Positions 29,763 to 42,000 of a stretch of DNA of 64,000 nt are shown here, one piece after another. Where the stretch lies: contig CAJINV010000004.1 in assembly GCA_905178155.1 (NCBI GenBank), positions 3,947,555-4,011,554 of the forward strand, written 5' to 3'. A program made the position numbers and the translations under genes. This DNA is from Amoebophrya sp. A120 (Eukaryota; Protista; Dinoflagellata). Position 1 is the first letter of the stretch, and every line of letters begins with the position of its first letter. The notes under the pieces were generated by a model. It did no database searches and was not told the origin of the DNA. It was given only the letters and a program-made list of their open reading frames with translations.

Positions 29763-30572
29763 AAGCGACTACAGCGACTTTGAGTATGATGAAAAAAGTG
29801 CCAAGAATGATTTCTGAAACGAGGGAAATAGAGATTTGCACTACAACTTGGTATAGGGCGGCTACTCCCTCAAAGCCCACTTTTTCCACTGAATTTTTCT
29901 GATCGAGGTTCAGCGTGCGCCTGCTTTGCTCGTTTTTCACTATGCACCTACCTCAGGCCACGGCCACCATCTGTACACCTGCTACGCGTACTTCGTCGTC
30001 CAACGCTAGAAGAACCACTCCTAGTTCTAGTATGATTTTTCATCGGTAGTTTCATGCAAACGCAATCGAATCACTATCAGAGACTGCACTGCTCGGTCTT
30101 CGTCTCACGTCCATGTGCCAAGTTCTGTTTGCGTCGTGATTGTGATTTTTCGGTTTCCGTTTATTCACAGAAATTGTCGCAAGTATCGAGCTGTCGTTCC
30201 TCTGTCTCGTTTTTCGTCCACCTGGTCTCGTTCTTCGTCTTTGTCTTCGTCCATTTTTTCAAGAAAGATAAGTATACCATTCCTGGAAATGATGTAGTGA
30301 AAAGCATTCGTGCCACCGAGTACAGCAACTACTTTTTACTTGACGTTTTCGTATAGATTTTGATTTCGTGGTTTTCCTAAAACCACGACATTCTCAGGGG
30401 TTGTCTCTTCTCTAAACGAGACGATTTTTCGTCTCACTGCTTTTGGTTTTCCGGATAAGTGTAATTTTGAAACCCGTAATACCTGTATGCTGTAACGAAG
30501 TCAGCAGGACTCTCACTTGCAAATCTAAATCTACTTCTTCTACAACAATCGCAATATAAATTTCCAGTAAAA

Positions 30573-31130
30573 ATGGGTTGTGGTTCTTCGGGATTGATGG
30601 GCGCCAGTGCGCCGTACCTGAAAAAGTATTTTGAGACGCTGGAAAAGGAGGCGGGGGAACTGGGCGCGGACCCCATGGCGCTGATGGTTGAGATGTTGGA
30701 AGACCCCGAGGCGTTTCAGGAGAAAATGCTGAAGCGGCAGGAGGAACTGAACAAAAAGTTGGAAGTTTTGATCCACCAGAGCTTCGACAACCACGACAAA
30801 GACAAGAGCGGAAAACTTTCCGCCGGCGAGTCGGCCGTGTTCTTTAGCAACTACGCCAAGTGCTTGTCGGCCTCCAACAAGGGGATGATGAATATGCTGA
30901 TGAAAACCGCCATGGAGGCGATGGGCCAGGCGCTGAAGCAAGCCGGCTTGCCCTCCGAGATGCTGGCCGCCATGCGGAACGAGCAGCAGGCCGAGATGAA
31001 GCAAATGATGAAACAGATCAACGACATCATCGACGAGATGCTGAAGGGCTACCAGGAAAACAAGGCGGAAAGGGACGCGAAAGCCTTCGAACTGCTGGAC
31101 ACAAAGAAGGACGGGCAGCTGGTACTCTAA
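30573..31130 (+). CDS. EF-hand calcium-binding protein, probably N-myristoylated/palmitoylated
   Basis: MGCGSS start; EF-hand loops DKDKSGKLSAGE and DTKKDGQL. The second loop ends abruptly, so a GT donor near 31123 and a further exon are possible. Confidence 0.75.
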   Translation: MGCGSSGLMGASAPYLKKYFETLEKEAGELGADPMALMVEMLEDPEAFQEKMLKRQEELNKKLEVLIHQSFDNHDKDKSGKLSAGESAVFFSNYAKCLSASNKGMMNMLMKTAMEAMGQALKQAGLPSEMLAAMRNEQQAEMKQMMKQINDIIDEMLKGYQENKAERDAKAFELLDTKKDGQLVL

Positions 31131-32704
31131 TAACTCTATTGAGGTGTAAGTAGAAAGAAGTTCTTTCTTGAAGATCGAGTGATCATTTAGATTTTTTTTT
31201 ATTGAGGATGAGGAAATGAGGGAAACAAAGAGCAAACCACAAGTATGAAGAGCACACCATTGTAAACAAGAGATGTTGATCGAAAAAGAAAAAAAGACGG
31301 TGTTGATGATGAGTGATAAAACGACGTCGAGTGATATGAAGATACTTGAAAATAACACAATGTCTACAGGAAAGAGACGAAGTGGTGGCTGCCCTGATGC
31401 CGAATACGGAACAAAACCAGGCCTTTATGTACGCGTTGGGGTTCGATCCCAGGAAAATCGAGCGCATTGCGCAGAAGGTGCAGGGAGGCAGATTTTGATG
31501 CACCCCCGCCGGGTTCCTTCGGTTGTTGATGCAGATTCGATCGTGACCCGATACTTATCATTTGATGTGAACAACAGGAATAGTTTCTGTTTGAATAACT
31601 TCAACTACATTTGGCTTTTTTGTTTTTCCCTGGCGTTGTGATAGGTCGCAACATGATATGATCACGATAAACATTAACATTGACATTCCTTCTATGCCAA
31701 AATGCAACTGCTGCTATTCTGATTGTGTGCTTACATGAACTCAAGACTTGCGGAACATGCCAGTGAAATAGAAAGCAACGCACAGACACGGCAGCATAGT
31801 TATAGCACTCGCACACAGTATAATTCCTGCTGACGTTTCGGTTTCCTATGCTGTGATTTTTACACCAGGGCGACGGCGAGCCTTTTTTTTTTGTTGAAAA
31901 GCGTTTCGCTTCTGGTTCTGCGGTAGATGTCATCTACTTAAAACCGAGGAATGTTCGACCGCACTGCCGCAAGCTGGCGAGAAGGTGCAGCTCCCAACTA
32001 CATATCGATTCATCGAGGTGTTGCTGCTCGACTTCTCTGTCGGTCTCTATTTTTTGCATCAGTGAATTTTTTCTAGTACAGAAATTGCATCTCTACTTCC
32101 AGAAGTAGTGCAGCCGTCGGTAGAACGATTCGCTGAAGTGATCGGTTTGTCATAAAAGAACGAGAACCAACGTCCAAAGCTTCTACGGTAGAAGTGCAAG
32201 TGAAGTATAACTTCTAGATATGCATCGCCCCTGGAGGCAGTAATTATAGTTCGGTTTCTCGTAGTGCATAGTTGTCTGTTTATTCCAACGCTCCTTCTCC
32301 TTGATTCGCCAAGATAATCGGTTTTGATGGAGAGCGTATAGCGGTAAGTACTAGAGGTATGTACTGTTTAGTGCTCTTCGTCTTCTACTTGCAGGAGCAC
32401 TGACTGGTCATACCGCCCAAGTAAGAACAGAACAGAGACCTCTTATGCGACTCGAAGGAAATAACGTCGGCCCGCAGACGCACTACCACTATTAAGACCG
32501 TACTCGCAAAGATAGGCTTTCTTTTCGTTATCAAGTAACTTCAACTTGTAAGTTGCAAACGACATCAAAACTAGTAAACCTAAACTAATTATTTTACTTT
32601 CTTGTAGTATACCTAGACCTACGCGTGTGATCGTCATCGGTACTAGTTGACGCTTTTTATTTCTCTTCGCAACACAGGCCAATTTGTCTCTCCAACAGCA
32701 CAAC

Positions 32705-35700
32705 ATGTTCATCGGAGGGACGACGTATCAGCTTCCCACGCGTCCCCAGCTTGCGTTCGCGCAGGCCGTGCCCCCGGGCACGCACCGGAAAAAGCGGCAA
32801 GCCGAGCTGGCCGCAGAGCGGGAAAAAGCCGCGCTGGCGGCGCTGGCAGAGGAGCGCGAAAGGTTGGCCTTGGAAGCGATTGCATTGCTGAACGCGAAAG
32901 TTGCCGACCATGACGCGGAAAAGTTCAGCGTGAATAAACTGGAAAATGAGCTGCGACGAGCTCGTCCTGGCAGTCGTGCAGGGGCTGCTCGCCAAACATC
33001 ACAACCAGCACGGGGCGGGCGGCGGAGAAGCACAACGTCCACGACACCAGCACGACCTCAACACGATCTTTCGAGGAGTGGTGGTGAAGAAGAAGATGAG
33101 TCTGCGGAATTAGAGGAGCGCAAGTTTTCAGTTCTCTACGACGATGGCGATTTTACTGATGGACCCAATAAGACACCCTCGCGAAGGCGCCGCCGCGCAT
33201 CCACTGTGTCCACTGCTGCAGAAGATGAAGATCTTCCGGATAGAAATGAAGCCAGTCACCGCTCGACGGAGGATTTATTTTCCTCGGAAACAAAACACTG
33301 GCATTCCCAAGAGAACGCGTATCTCGCCGAATACCCCCGTTCCACCGGCCGTCTGACCTTCTCCACCCTGGCGGCCGCGAAGCGAAAAGCGGTGCTCGTG
33401 AAGGATTGTGGCGGAATTACACAGTGTGCGGCCGGGGGGGAAAATCAAAGTTTGTTCGAGCTTCGCGCGGGGAAGCAATTTAAGGACTCACAGCAAGGAG
33501 AGAGGAGTTGGAAGAAACCTGCTCCGACTTCCTCTCTTACTCTTGCTGCGGCAGCAGGAACTACAACTCCAGCGTCTGCGCAAGTAGAGCAGAAAAATAG
33601 TACCCCTGCGCCAGAGGATTTCGATTCGTGGATCCCCTGTCCGGGCTGCTCCCTGGCCGGCTACCCCTGCGATCTCGGGCCGAACAGCTTCGACAGCTTG
33701 GCCGCCGCCAAGAAGGCGGCGAAAAATAGCATCGACTGTGGCGGCGTCACCGAGGCGAAACCGGGGGTGTTTGAGTGCCGACAGAGCGAGGATCCGGAAA
33801 TCAGTATGACCGATGAAAATTCGTGGATCGCGCCAGCACCCGGAGCAGAGTTGGATGATGAGTACTATGGAGACGACACTGCAAGCATAATCGGCAGCGA
33901 AGACGATAATTGGGACGACATTTGGTCCCTGGCCAGTGAGGACAGTGGTCTATTAAGTGGTGATGACCAAGATGAACACGACGGACTCGGTAGAGGCGAG
34001 CATGGTAGTGGCGACGCAACTGACACCACACAGAAGATAATACAGCACGAAGATCAGCAAGTAGGTCACACGGCAACGGACTCGACGACCACAGGCAAAA
34101 GCAAAAATGCCTCCGCCAGCATCCAAAAGGCGAAGAAGGAAGCAGCGGAAGCCTTGCTGAAAAAACAGGAAGCACAGAAAAAAGCGGAAGAGAAGAAGAG
34201 ACAGGAGAAGGAAGAAAGGAAAAGAAACGCGCCGGAAGAGGTCTACTTGAAGATCGACTACAGCAACTTCCGTGGGTACTTCAAAAGACGGCTCGAGGAC
34301 CATAATGACCGGGCAGTATACGCGAAAATAATAGACCAGGCATCTTCCGGGAGGTCTGATGAAGACCAGGAGCAGTTTATCTGGCACAATGGGCAGTACT
34401 GGGTGGTCCATTTTAATGCGCCCGAGGAGGGTATGACAGTGCACAACTCCCCCTCCCCCTGATTTGCATGGCATGAGCAGCAATACAAACACCAGCATAC
34501 ATGGAGCCTATGCATGAAAAATCTATGTGCCTTTTGTAGTGCTGTTTAGGCTACTTCCGGAATTTGTCATGCAAACAGTGCCACAAGGCAGCGACTGGAT
34601 TTGGGATTTTGCATCACAAATGAGGGGGACGCGGGGGAGTTGTGCACCCTCATAGAGGCGCTGGCGGCGAACCAGGTGGCCCGGACGAAGGACTGCGCGG
34701 ATAGCCTCACGCCGCTCGATATCCTGAGTAAATAAAACGTCCCCACACCAGGGTCAAGATGGGAAATCTGCTAGACAAATTAGGCAGCTTTGGTTGTTTC
34801 GCATGACAAGTCTGTCCTCGTAGTGTGATGCTGTTTAGGTACTCTAGAAGCAACACAGATCTAGCGCATCATGCTGATTATAGCATCACAAATTCCAAAA
34901 CACGGCTATAAAATCAAAATGCTTCCAATGGGGCTTCGCATGAGAAACTTTTTTGGCATAGAGATTTGCATGACAAATCTGGGGTGGGGACGTTTTTACA
35001 CAGGATACTCGAATTTGACGCGGCGGACTGGTTGGACGACCTGCACATAAAGATCTACGACAGGGAAAAGTACGACAGCCCAAACGAGCCAGAGGAAGGG
35101 AAGTGGACCGACCCAGACTTCGGACCGAATGGGCAGACGATTGGAACTTTATGCGTTGCAAATAGGAACATGTCGGGGTCGAGAAGGTTGTGATGTTAAT
35201 TTGCAGATGGTGAGCACCGCAGCCTCCTCTTCGGACTCACGCATGACAAATTTTATATATTGATATTCTATATGATGGTCTGCTACGTCTTGGGTCACTG
35301 TCACTGAGCATGAGCTGCATGACAAAACACGTTTTCCCGCATGACTGATGTTTTTCTCTCTTGTCATCCAAGCATGACAAGCCTTGCACTCTACCCGATG
35401 ATCCAGACACGTTATAATTTGCAATGCATACACAAACAGGTTCGACAACGTGGTTGGGTGGTGCCGCGCCTGCAACCTGTTTCGGGGGGAGCAGATGGAA
35501 CTCTTTTCCACCATTGAGCCCAACGACATCTCGCAGGGGCGGTTGGGCGACTGCTGGTTGCTCGCCGCCTTTTCCGCGGTGGCGGAATTTCCCGGGTTTT
35601 TGTCGGACCAGGTTTTCCGGCAACGAGAACTGCCCCCGATATCAATCGCAAAAGTACAACCGTATCAGCAGTCAATTATTTTGCATGGGTGCATAGCATC

Positions 35701-37823
35701 ACTTAGTTGCTGCACAGCATGTTGCCAGCAGATAGGATGTGCTTTCTATAGAAACTCTTTGTCATTCAAGATAAAGATTGCAATTGGAATTGCCTTTGGT
35801 ATGCTAGTACGGACTATGTAATTTTTGCAATTTGCATACGCAAACTCCAAGTACGAATTTAATTTCTACGACCCGCTCGAGGAGAAGTTTTCCGTGGTCA
35901 CGATTGACGACTGGCTGCCGATATGTATTGCAAAAGTGTCTGGGTCTGGAAGAATGCAACTTGTGATGCTGTATTTGGATTCCCAAAAAATCTGTATTGC
36001 ATGAGTAGCAAACAGAATGCAATTTTTGCTACGCGGCTGAGAAGGTATTTGTCATGCGGAATAGGCATCAAGAAGCCCTCAAAAAATCTGCATTGCTAGG
36101 GTGTGCATCACAGACATTATGGCTCATGCAAAACGTGCATGACAAGTGTCAGAATCTTCCAGACCCAGACATTTTTACAGTTGATAGCCGATCAATAAGG
36201 ACACTAAGAAGCCGCTTTTCGCCAAGCCCGTGGGCAACGAGGTCTGGGTGTGCCTGCTCGAGAAGGCCATGGCCAAGGTCTATGGCAGTTACCATGCGCT
36301 GCAGGGCGGGTCGGCCGAGTACGCCTGGGCGCGGCTGACGGGGCAGGTCCGGTGCGAAAATTTCAAGTTGAAGGACAAAGCGGACTGCACGAAGGGCTAC
36401 CGGGGCGTCTACCTGGCTTTCAAGGATAAGGCAAACAAAAGGGGATCCTTCTGGCAAATGGGCGACAACCACGACAAAACGGCGGACCAACTGTTCAAGA
36501 TGCTGAAAAAGTGCGACCGGGAGAACTTTGTGATGAGCGCGAGCATCTACGCCCGGGCGCAGGTATGAACTGCAAAAGTATCGTACTAGTAGTAACTGCA
36601 ATACAAATTAGCTCAGCATGACAAATGGAATTTGTCATGCTGTTTTGCCTTGGGATGGAGATTTGTAATGCAAGACTTGCATGTATACGAGTGCGATACT
36701 TTTGCACAGGATAGCAGGAGCACCAGCGCGAGGACGGTTTGGTCGAGGGGCACGAGTTATCAAATGCAAATATGTCTGCGGCTGGCAACTTGTGATGCAA
36801 TAAAGGGAAGAGTGAGCGCGTTGTAATGCGCTTCCCAGCATGACAAGTTTTTCCGCGGTTCAGAGTTGCGTACTCCGCATCGTAAACTGCATTTTTATTT
36901 CATGACAGACAGGAATAGCTCTTCGCAGGCACGCAATACAGAGTTCAGAGTCATTCCAGACTAGCATGACAAATCCCGAAATCTCCCAGACCCAGACATT
37001 ATATTTGCAGTTCATACGAGTACACGGTGATATCGGTGCACGAATTAAAGGATGCGGCAAAGACCAAGCTTGTCAAGCTTCGCAATCCATGGGGCCGGTT
37101 CGAGTGGAACGGGCGGTGGAGCGATGGTGATACGGAAACGTGGGAAAATATGGCGTTCTCAAAATGTACATTCTCAACTGTTACATGAAGTTATGAAATG
37201 ATGCAAATAAAGCGCCAAAAGCCACCACACGATCAAGGTGTTTCGCATGACAATGCTTCGAAGGGCTAAACAGCACCTAAATCTTGTGTTCCAAGTTTGG
37301 AATGCAAAGCGCGCAATTGTCTTCCCGCGTTCACATTTGCTGTTCTTGCTCACAAATTCATGTAAACAGTTGAGAGTGTGACACTTGAGAGCGCCATAGA
37401 AAAACAGGACGCGGCGGCGCTCGAGGCCGCGGGGGTGGTCAGGGTTGAGAAGGAAGACGGCATATGCAAAGAAGAAAAAAGGGCTACAGTTTTACACGTT
37501 TTATTGTTCGGAGAGGACCAAGCAAGGAAAACAAGTTCTGTCATTTCGGATATCATGCTCGGGAGCCTGTGCCTGGCAGTTTGCGTTTCACCCGTTTTTT
37601 CCCTTATGCATGTTGATCTGCGCATTCTAAGTTTGCGTCGCTATGATGCAGAGCAAATTTGTGTTGCTGGTAATTGCTCAACGAGATAATATCATGTGTA
37701 ACTGTACGCACTTTTCATTTCCTTGGATACGGCACCTTCTTTCAACAGTGGGAGGATTTCGTCCGGATTTGGGGCAGTGTGGGGATCTGTCCGAAGAACT
37801 TGGGGGTGAAGACTCGGTACTAG
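32705..37823 (+). CDS. calpain-family (CysPc) cysteine protease with a long N-terminal extension; 9 introners
   Basis: WTDPDF, DISQGRLGDCWLLAA (Cys), VTIDDWLP, WVCLLEKAMAKVYGSY, GLVEGHEY (His), LVKLRNPWGRFEWNGRWSD (Asn), EDGTFFQQWEDF. In frame after removing each element plus 5 nt; stop TAG 37821-37823. Confidence 0.92.
34432..34654. mobile_element. introner, family D
   Basis: TATGACAGTGCACAACTCCCCC / GGGGGAGTTGTGCACCCTCATA; DR GAGGG/GAGGC. Confidence 0.85.
34720..35007. mobile_element. introner, family C
   Basis: C-type TIR; DR CTCGA. Confidence 0.85.
35150..35430. mobile_element. degenerate A-like introner
   Basis: TATGCGTTGCAAAT / ATTTGCAATGCATA; DR decayed (AACTT/CACAA); frame kept. 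Confidence 0.7.
35640..35838. mobile_element. degenerate B-like introner
   Basis: TATCAATCGCAAAAGTA / TTTTGCAATTTGCATA; DR CCCGA/CGCAA. Confidence 0.68.
35922..36186. mobile_element. introner, family A
   Basis: A-type TIR; DR GCCGA. Confidence 0.9.
36564..36713. mobile_element. introner, family B
   Basis: B-type TIR; DR GCAGG (also spliceable as GT-AG, 36563-36717). Confidence 0.88.
36758..37016. mobile_element. introner, family A
   Basis: A-type TIR; DR CGAGT; splits GHE|Y next to the catalytic His. Confidence 0.85.
37149..37398. mobile_element. introner, family E
   Basis: TATGGCGTTCTCAA / TTGAGAGCGCCATA; DR GAAAA. Confidence 0.85.
37463..37729. mobile_element. introner, A-tract family
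   Basis: TAT...ATA ends; DR CGGCA; restores EDG|TFF. Confidence 0.8.
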
Positions 37824-38090
37824 GGAAATTAAGTACTATCGAAATGTGTCGTGATCAACTTCTGTCATGCAGGTAGTTTTGAGAATCCGTTTCAGTACAA
37901 ACCATCGCTCTGTCAAGCAATGATCTAGACCAACCTAGAGATGTTGTTTGCAGCGGATACTGTAGCACTTGGGCGTAGAGGGGGTGTAATTTTTATCAAA
38001 TATGAAATTTAACATAATTGTGTAGAAATTCAGATATAGTTTTTTAATTACAACTTAATTATAAGCGCTGGGTGGCGCTTTCGCTTAAGT

Positions 38091-38180
38091 CCGGTGCCCC
38101 AAAACTCGGACTCACGGACTAAAAGCTACGCAATACCACGCACGGACTTAAGGACTTAAGTCCGGGTCTTGGGGCACCGG
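38091..38180. repeat. 90-bp intergenic inverted repeat
   Basis: CCGGTGCCCCAAAACTCGGACT / AGTCCGGGTCTTGGGGCACCGG with internal CGGACT repeats. Confidence 0.6.
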
Positions 38181-39035
38181 TTTAGGTTTCTTGTGGTCCC
38201 ACGCTAAAACGCTGAGACAGAATATGAGCTCTTTACTTGTGGCGGAGAACAATCCTCGTTCTTGAGATGGTTTCCACGAACACCGTAGTTTTGATGTGGC
38301 TTTGTTCCTGAAGGGATTGTTCTAAAAACGATGCATACCACAGACTAAAATTTAAATTGTACTTTCGGTCCTGATTGATGAAAGTCATCTAGTTTGCCTT
38401 TTCCCATTGAAGAAGTGCTAGCTTTGCTCTAAGCTGTACAAACCAAAAAAGGAATCGGTAAAAAAATTCTTCGTGCGACGATCTCATCCTCATGCAAGGA
38501 TCCTTCGAAGAAATGAATTCGATCTTTTATACCGACAGATCCGTGCGATGCTCAAATTCAAAGGTTCTTTTATCCTCTGAGTCGGTCAAGCAAGTCGGTA
38601 TAGAAAGAACAAGCAGAATTCGTCTCCAGACATGAGTGCCATTTAGAAACAATGAAATGATTGAGAAATCTCAGTAGTCCTGATAGAGTTAAAAATCGAA
38701 ATCCCATCGCTGCTGCAGTGCTTTGCTCAAACTTCGTCCCTCTGGGATTATTTTTTCTTTGCAATTATATACAGGGTTTTAGAAGCAAGGAGCCTTCCTA
38801 CTAGCCTCACACTTGTTTGTCTTTGTAGGTCTCGTGCTTATAATTCGGTGCATTAGAAGCGATTCTGGATCTTATCTAACGCAATTTCATTTATTCTTGC
38901 AAATTTTCTCTTTCTGGCCTCGTGCGTTTGAATCGTCAAAAAAACCAAGATTTTGCCCCCTCCAACGGAAATAAAACCTGTTTCGAAGTCAGTGGCAATT
39001 TTGATATCTGCGCCTGCAGTGGAAACGCAGTCGAA

Positions 39036-42000
39036 ATGTTGCCGGGCACCACGAAGACTGAGCTGCCACGCGGGGTCATGCTGACAGCCCTGGCCGTCGT
39101 GGGGGCCGCGTACTTTACACCCGGCATTTTTGTGGACGGCGTTAGCTTGCGTCCGGCATTTCGGGCGTTTGGTTCTCCAGAAATTCCGCAGGAGCAGATG
39201 ATCCGCGTACGAGTTGGACTTTCCGGGGACAAGACAGAGACGTTGCCCGGGAACATCAGCGCTGCCGAGGCGACACAAAAGCTGCATGCCATGGCTGCGG
39301 GGCTAGTACCAGGACACGACGCAATTGTGTACGGCTCTAGCTCTACACCTACAACGGCGACGGTTGATAGTTTATTGCAGGTTGGTACAACGTTGGGCAG
39401 TATCCTCCCACCCGGTACTGAGGAAATTCAATTGGTCGCTGGGAGCCCGCGCTTGTTCGAGGAGATGCCTGCCGATGGTCGCTGGAACCCCGCTGAAGTA
39501 CAGCTCCTTCAGCAAGAAGACATTAGGGAGGTACGTTTCGAAATCAGGCACCCAGCCCTTGCATTAAAAAACGATATCCGCGAGGTCTTGAGAATCAGCA
39601 CAGACGACTTGATTGAGGACCGGTACGCCACCGCAGCTAAAAAGAAATACAACTATGCATCGCAAATATGTCTGGGTCTGGGCGATAGATGCGAACTTGT
39701 GATGCGCATTTAACGACACACACGACCACACAAATCTCTCATGCATAGCCAGCAAAATGGTACATTTTTCCACTTCCTGTCATCGAAGTGGGGGATTTCT
39801 TGTCATGCGGATTGGGCATTGCGGAACCTTCCATAAAAAACCTGTGATGCTAGGGCTTCCATGCCACCAGACTTTCCGTGTCATGCTCAATCTCAACATG
39901 CAAACACAGCATGACAAAGATTTGCAATCATCTTCCAGACCCAGACATGTTAGCAATGCATAAGAACCTGTCGAGAACTAAGCTCGAGGAGTATCTGACG
40001 CACCTGCGCACACCCCCCCTCCCTCTCATTTGTATAGCAAGAACAGCAATACGAACACCAGCGCACGTGGAGCCACTGCATGACAAATTTTTTGTGTGCC
40101 TAGTGTAGTACTGTTTGGGGTTCATCCGGAATTTGTCATGCAAACAGTGCCACAAGGCAGCGACTGGATTTGGGGTTTTGCATGACAAATGAGGGGGCGA
40201 AGGGGAGTTGTGCACTGTCATACGGGCGGACCTACAGGTAATCAACGACAAGGAGGTGAAGAAGGCCCGCGAGGCGGAGGACCGCGCGGTATGCATTGCA
40301 AAAATGTCTGGGTCTGGAAGGATGCGAACTTGTGATGCTGCATCTGGATTCTACGAAAATCTGTATTGCATGAACAGCAAAAGAGGTCCAGTTTTTGCCA
40401 TTGCGAGAGGGCATCTCTCATGCGGTATAAGCATCAGAAAGCCCTCATAAAATCTGTGATGCAAGGGCATGCATCACAGGCATGAGGACTCATGCAAAAT
40501 GTGCCTGACAGACCCTACATCCTTCCAGACCCAGACATATTTGCATTTGATACGCGGAGCGCATGGGCAAGACGGTGGAGCGCATGGAGACGCCGCGCAC
40601 GCCCGAACCCGTGGAGATCGACGTGCTGAACTTTGATCTGGAGTTCGGCACCGCCAAGCCCGGCACCGAGTTGCGGTTGAAAGTCGCGGAGCGGAAACAG
40701 GACCGCCTGGAGCGGAAGACCACGGCAAACATCCGCAAGTCGGTCAGTATGAAGTACGAGAAGGACCGCTACGAGGAGTACAAGCCGGAAGACCCGAGCA
40801 CGAAAAAATCCGACATGTTTGGCTCCCCCACGGCGGAAATCAAGGGCTGGCTGAAAGTGCAGAAGATGTTCAAGTTCATGTTCAAGTTCACGATTGTTAG
40901 CAATGCATAAGAACCTGTCGAGAACTAAGCTCGAGGAGTATCTGACGCACCTGCGCACACAAGCGGAAACCGAGCTTCAAGAAGCTCTGACTGCCGCCAA
41001 GACCAAGACGGAGATAGACCGAGAGCGCTTCTTGGACGCCCAACGCAACTTGGTCGAGATGATCTTTGCATGGCGGAATTTGAACGGGTCATCCTGGGAG
41101 GCGGGGGCTACTTTAAAGTTCGACAAAAGCACAAATCGACACGATATCCGCGAGGTCTTGAGAATCAGCACAGACGACTTGATTGAGGATCGGTACGCCA
41201 CCGCAGCTAAAAAGAAATACAACTATGCATCGCAAATATGTCTGGGTCTGGGCGATAGATGCGAACTTGTGATGCGCATTTAACGACACACACGACCACA
41301 CAAATCTCTCATGCATAGCCAGCAAAATGGTACATTTTTCCACTTCCTGTCATCGAAGTGGGGGATTTCTTGTCATGCGGATTGGGCATTGCGGAACCTT
41401 CCATAAAAAACCTGTGATGCTAGGGCTTCCATGCCACCAGACTTTCCGTGTCATGCTCAATCTCAACATGCAAACACAGCATGACAAAGATTTGCAATCA
41501 TCTTCCAGACCCAGACATGTTAGCAATGCATAAGAACCTGTCGAGAACTAAGCTCGAGGAGTATCTGACGCACCTGCGCACACAAGCGGAAGACCAGCTT
41601 GAAGAAGTTGTGACTGCCATCGAGGAGGAGAATGACCCAGAGCGCAATTTGAACCGCCAACGCAAGTTGGTCGAGATGATCTTTTATGGATTGCAAAATG
41701 TCTGGGTCTGGAAAGTTGGAACTTGTGATGCTGGTGTTGCATTCCTGTGCAATCTGTATTCCATGACCAAGAACAGTGGTAGCCTGTCTCATGTCATACA
41801 AGAACGCAGTTTCTCATGCGGAGTTCGTATGAGAAAGCGTGCTGCAGCCTTGTCATGCTTTCCTGCATAAGGAAGTGACTTCCTCTTGCACATTTTAGCA
41901 TCACAAATTTCCAGATGACCCAGACATATTTGCATTTGATATCTTTGCATGGCGGAATTTAGACGGGTCATCCTGGGAGGGAGCTACTTTACAGTTCGAC

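Larger units (their letters stand above)
39571..41583 (+). repeat. 443-bp direct duplication (39571-40013 = 41141-41583) flanking foreign sequence
   Basis: Near-identical by eye (one mismatch seen, 39620/41190); each copy contains the same introner. Confidence 0.88.
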
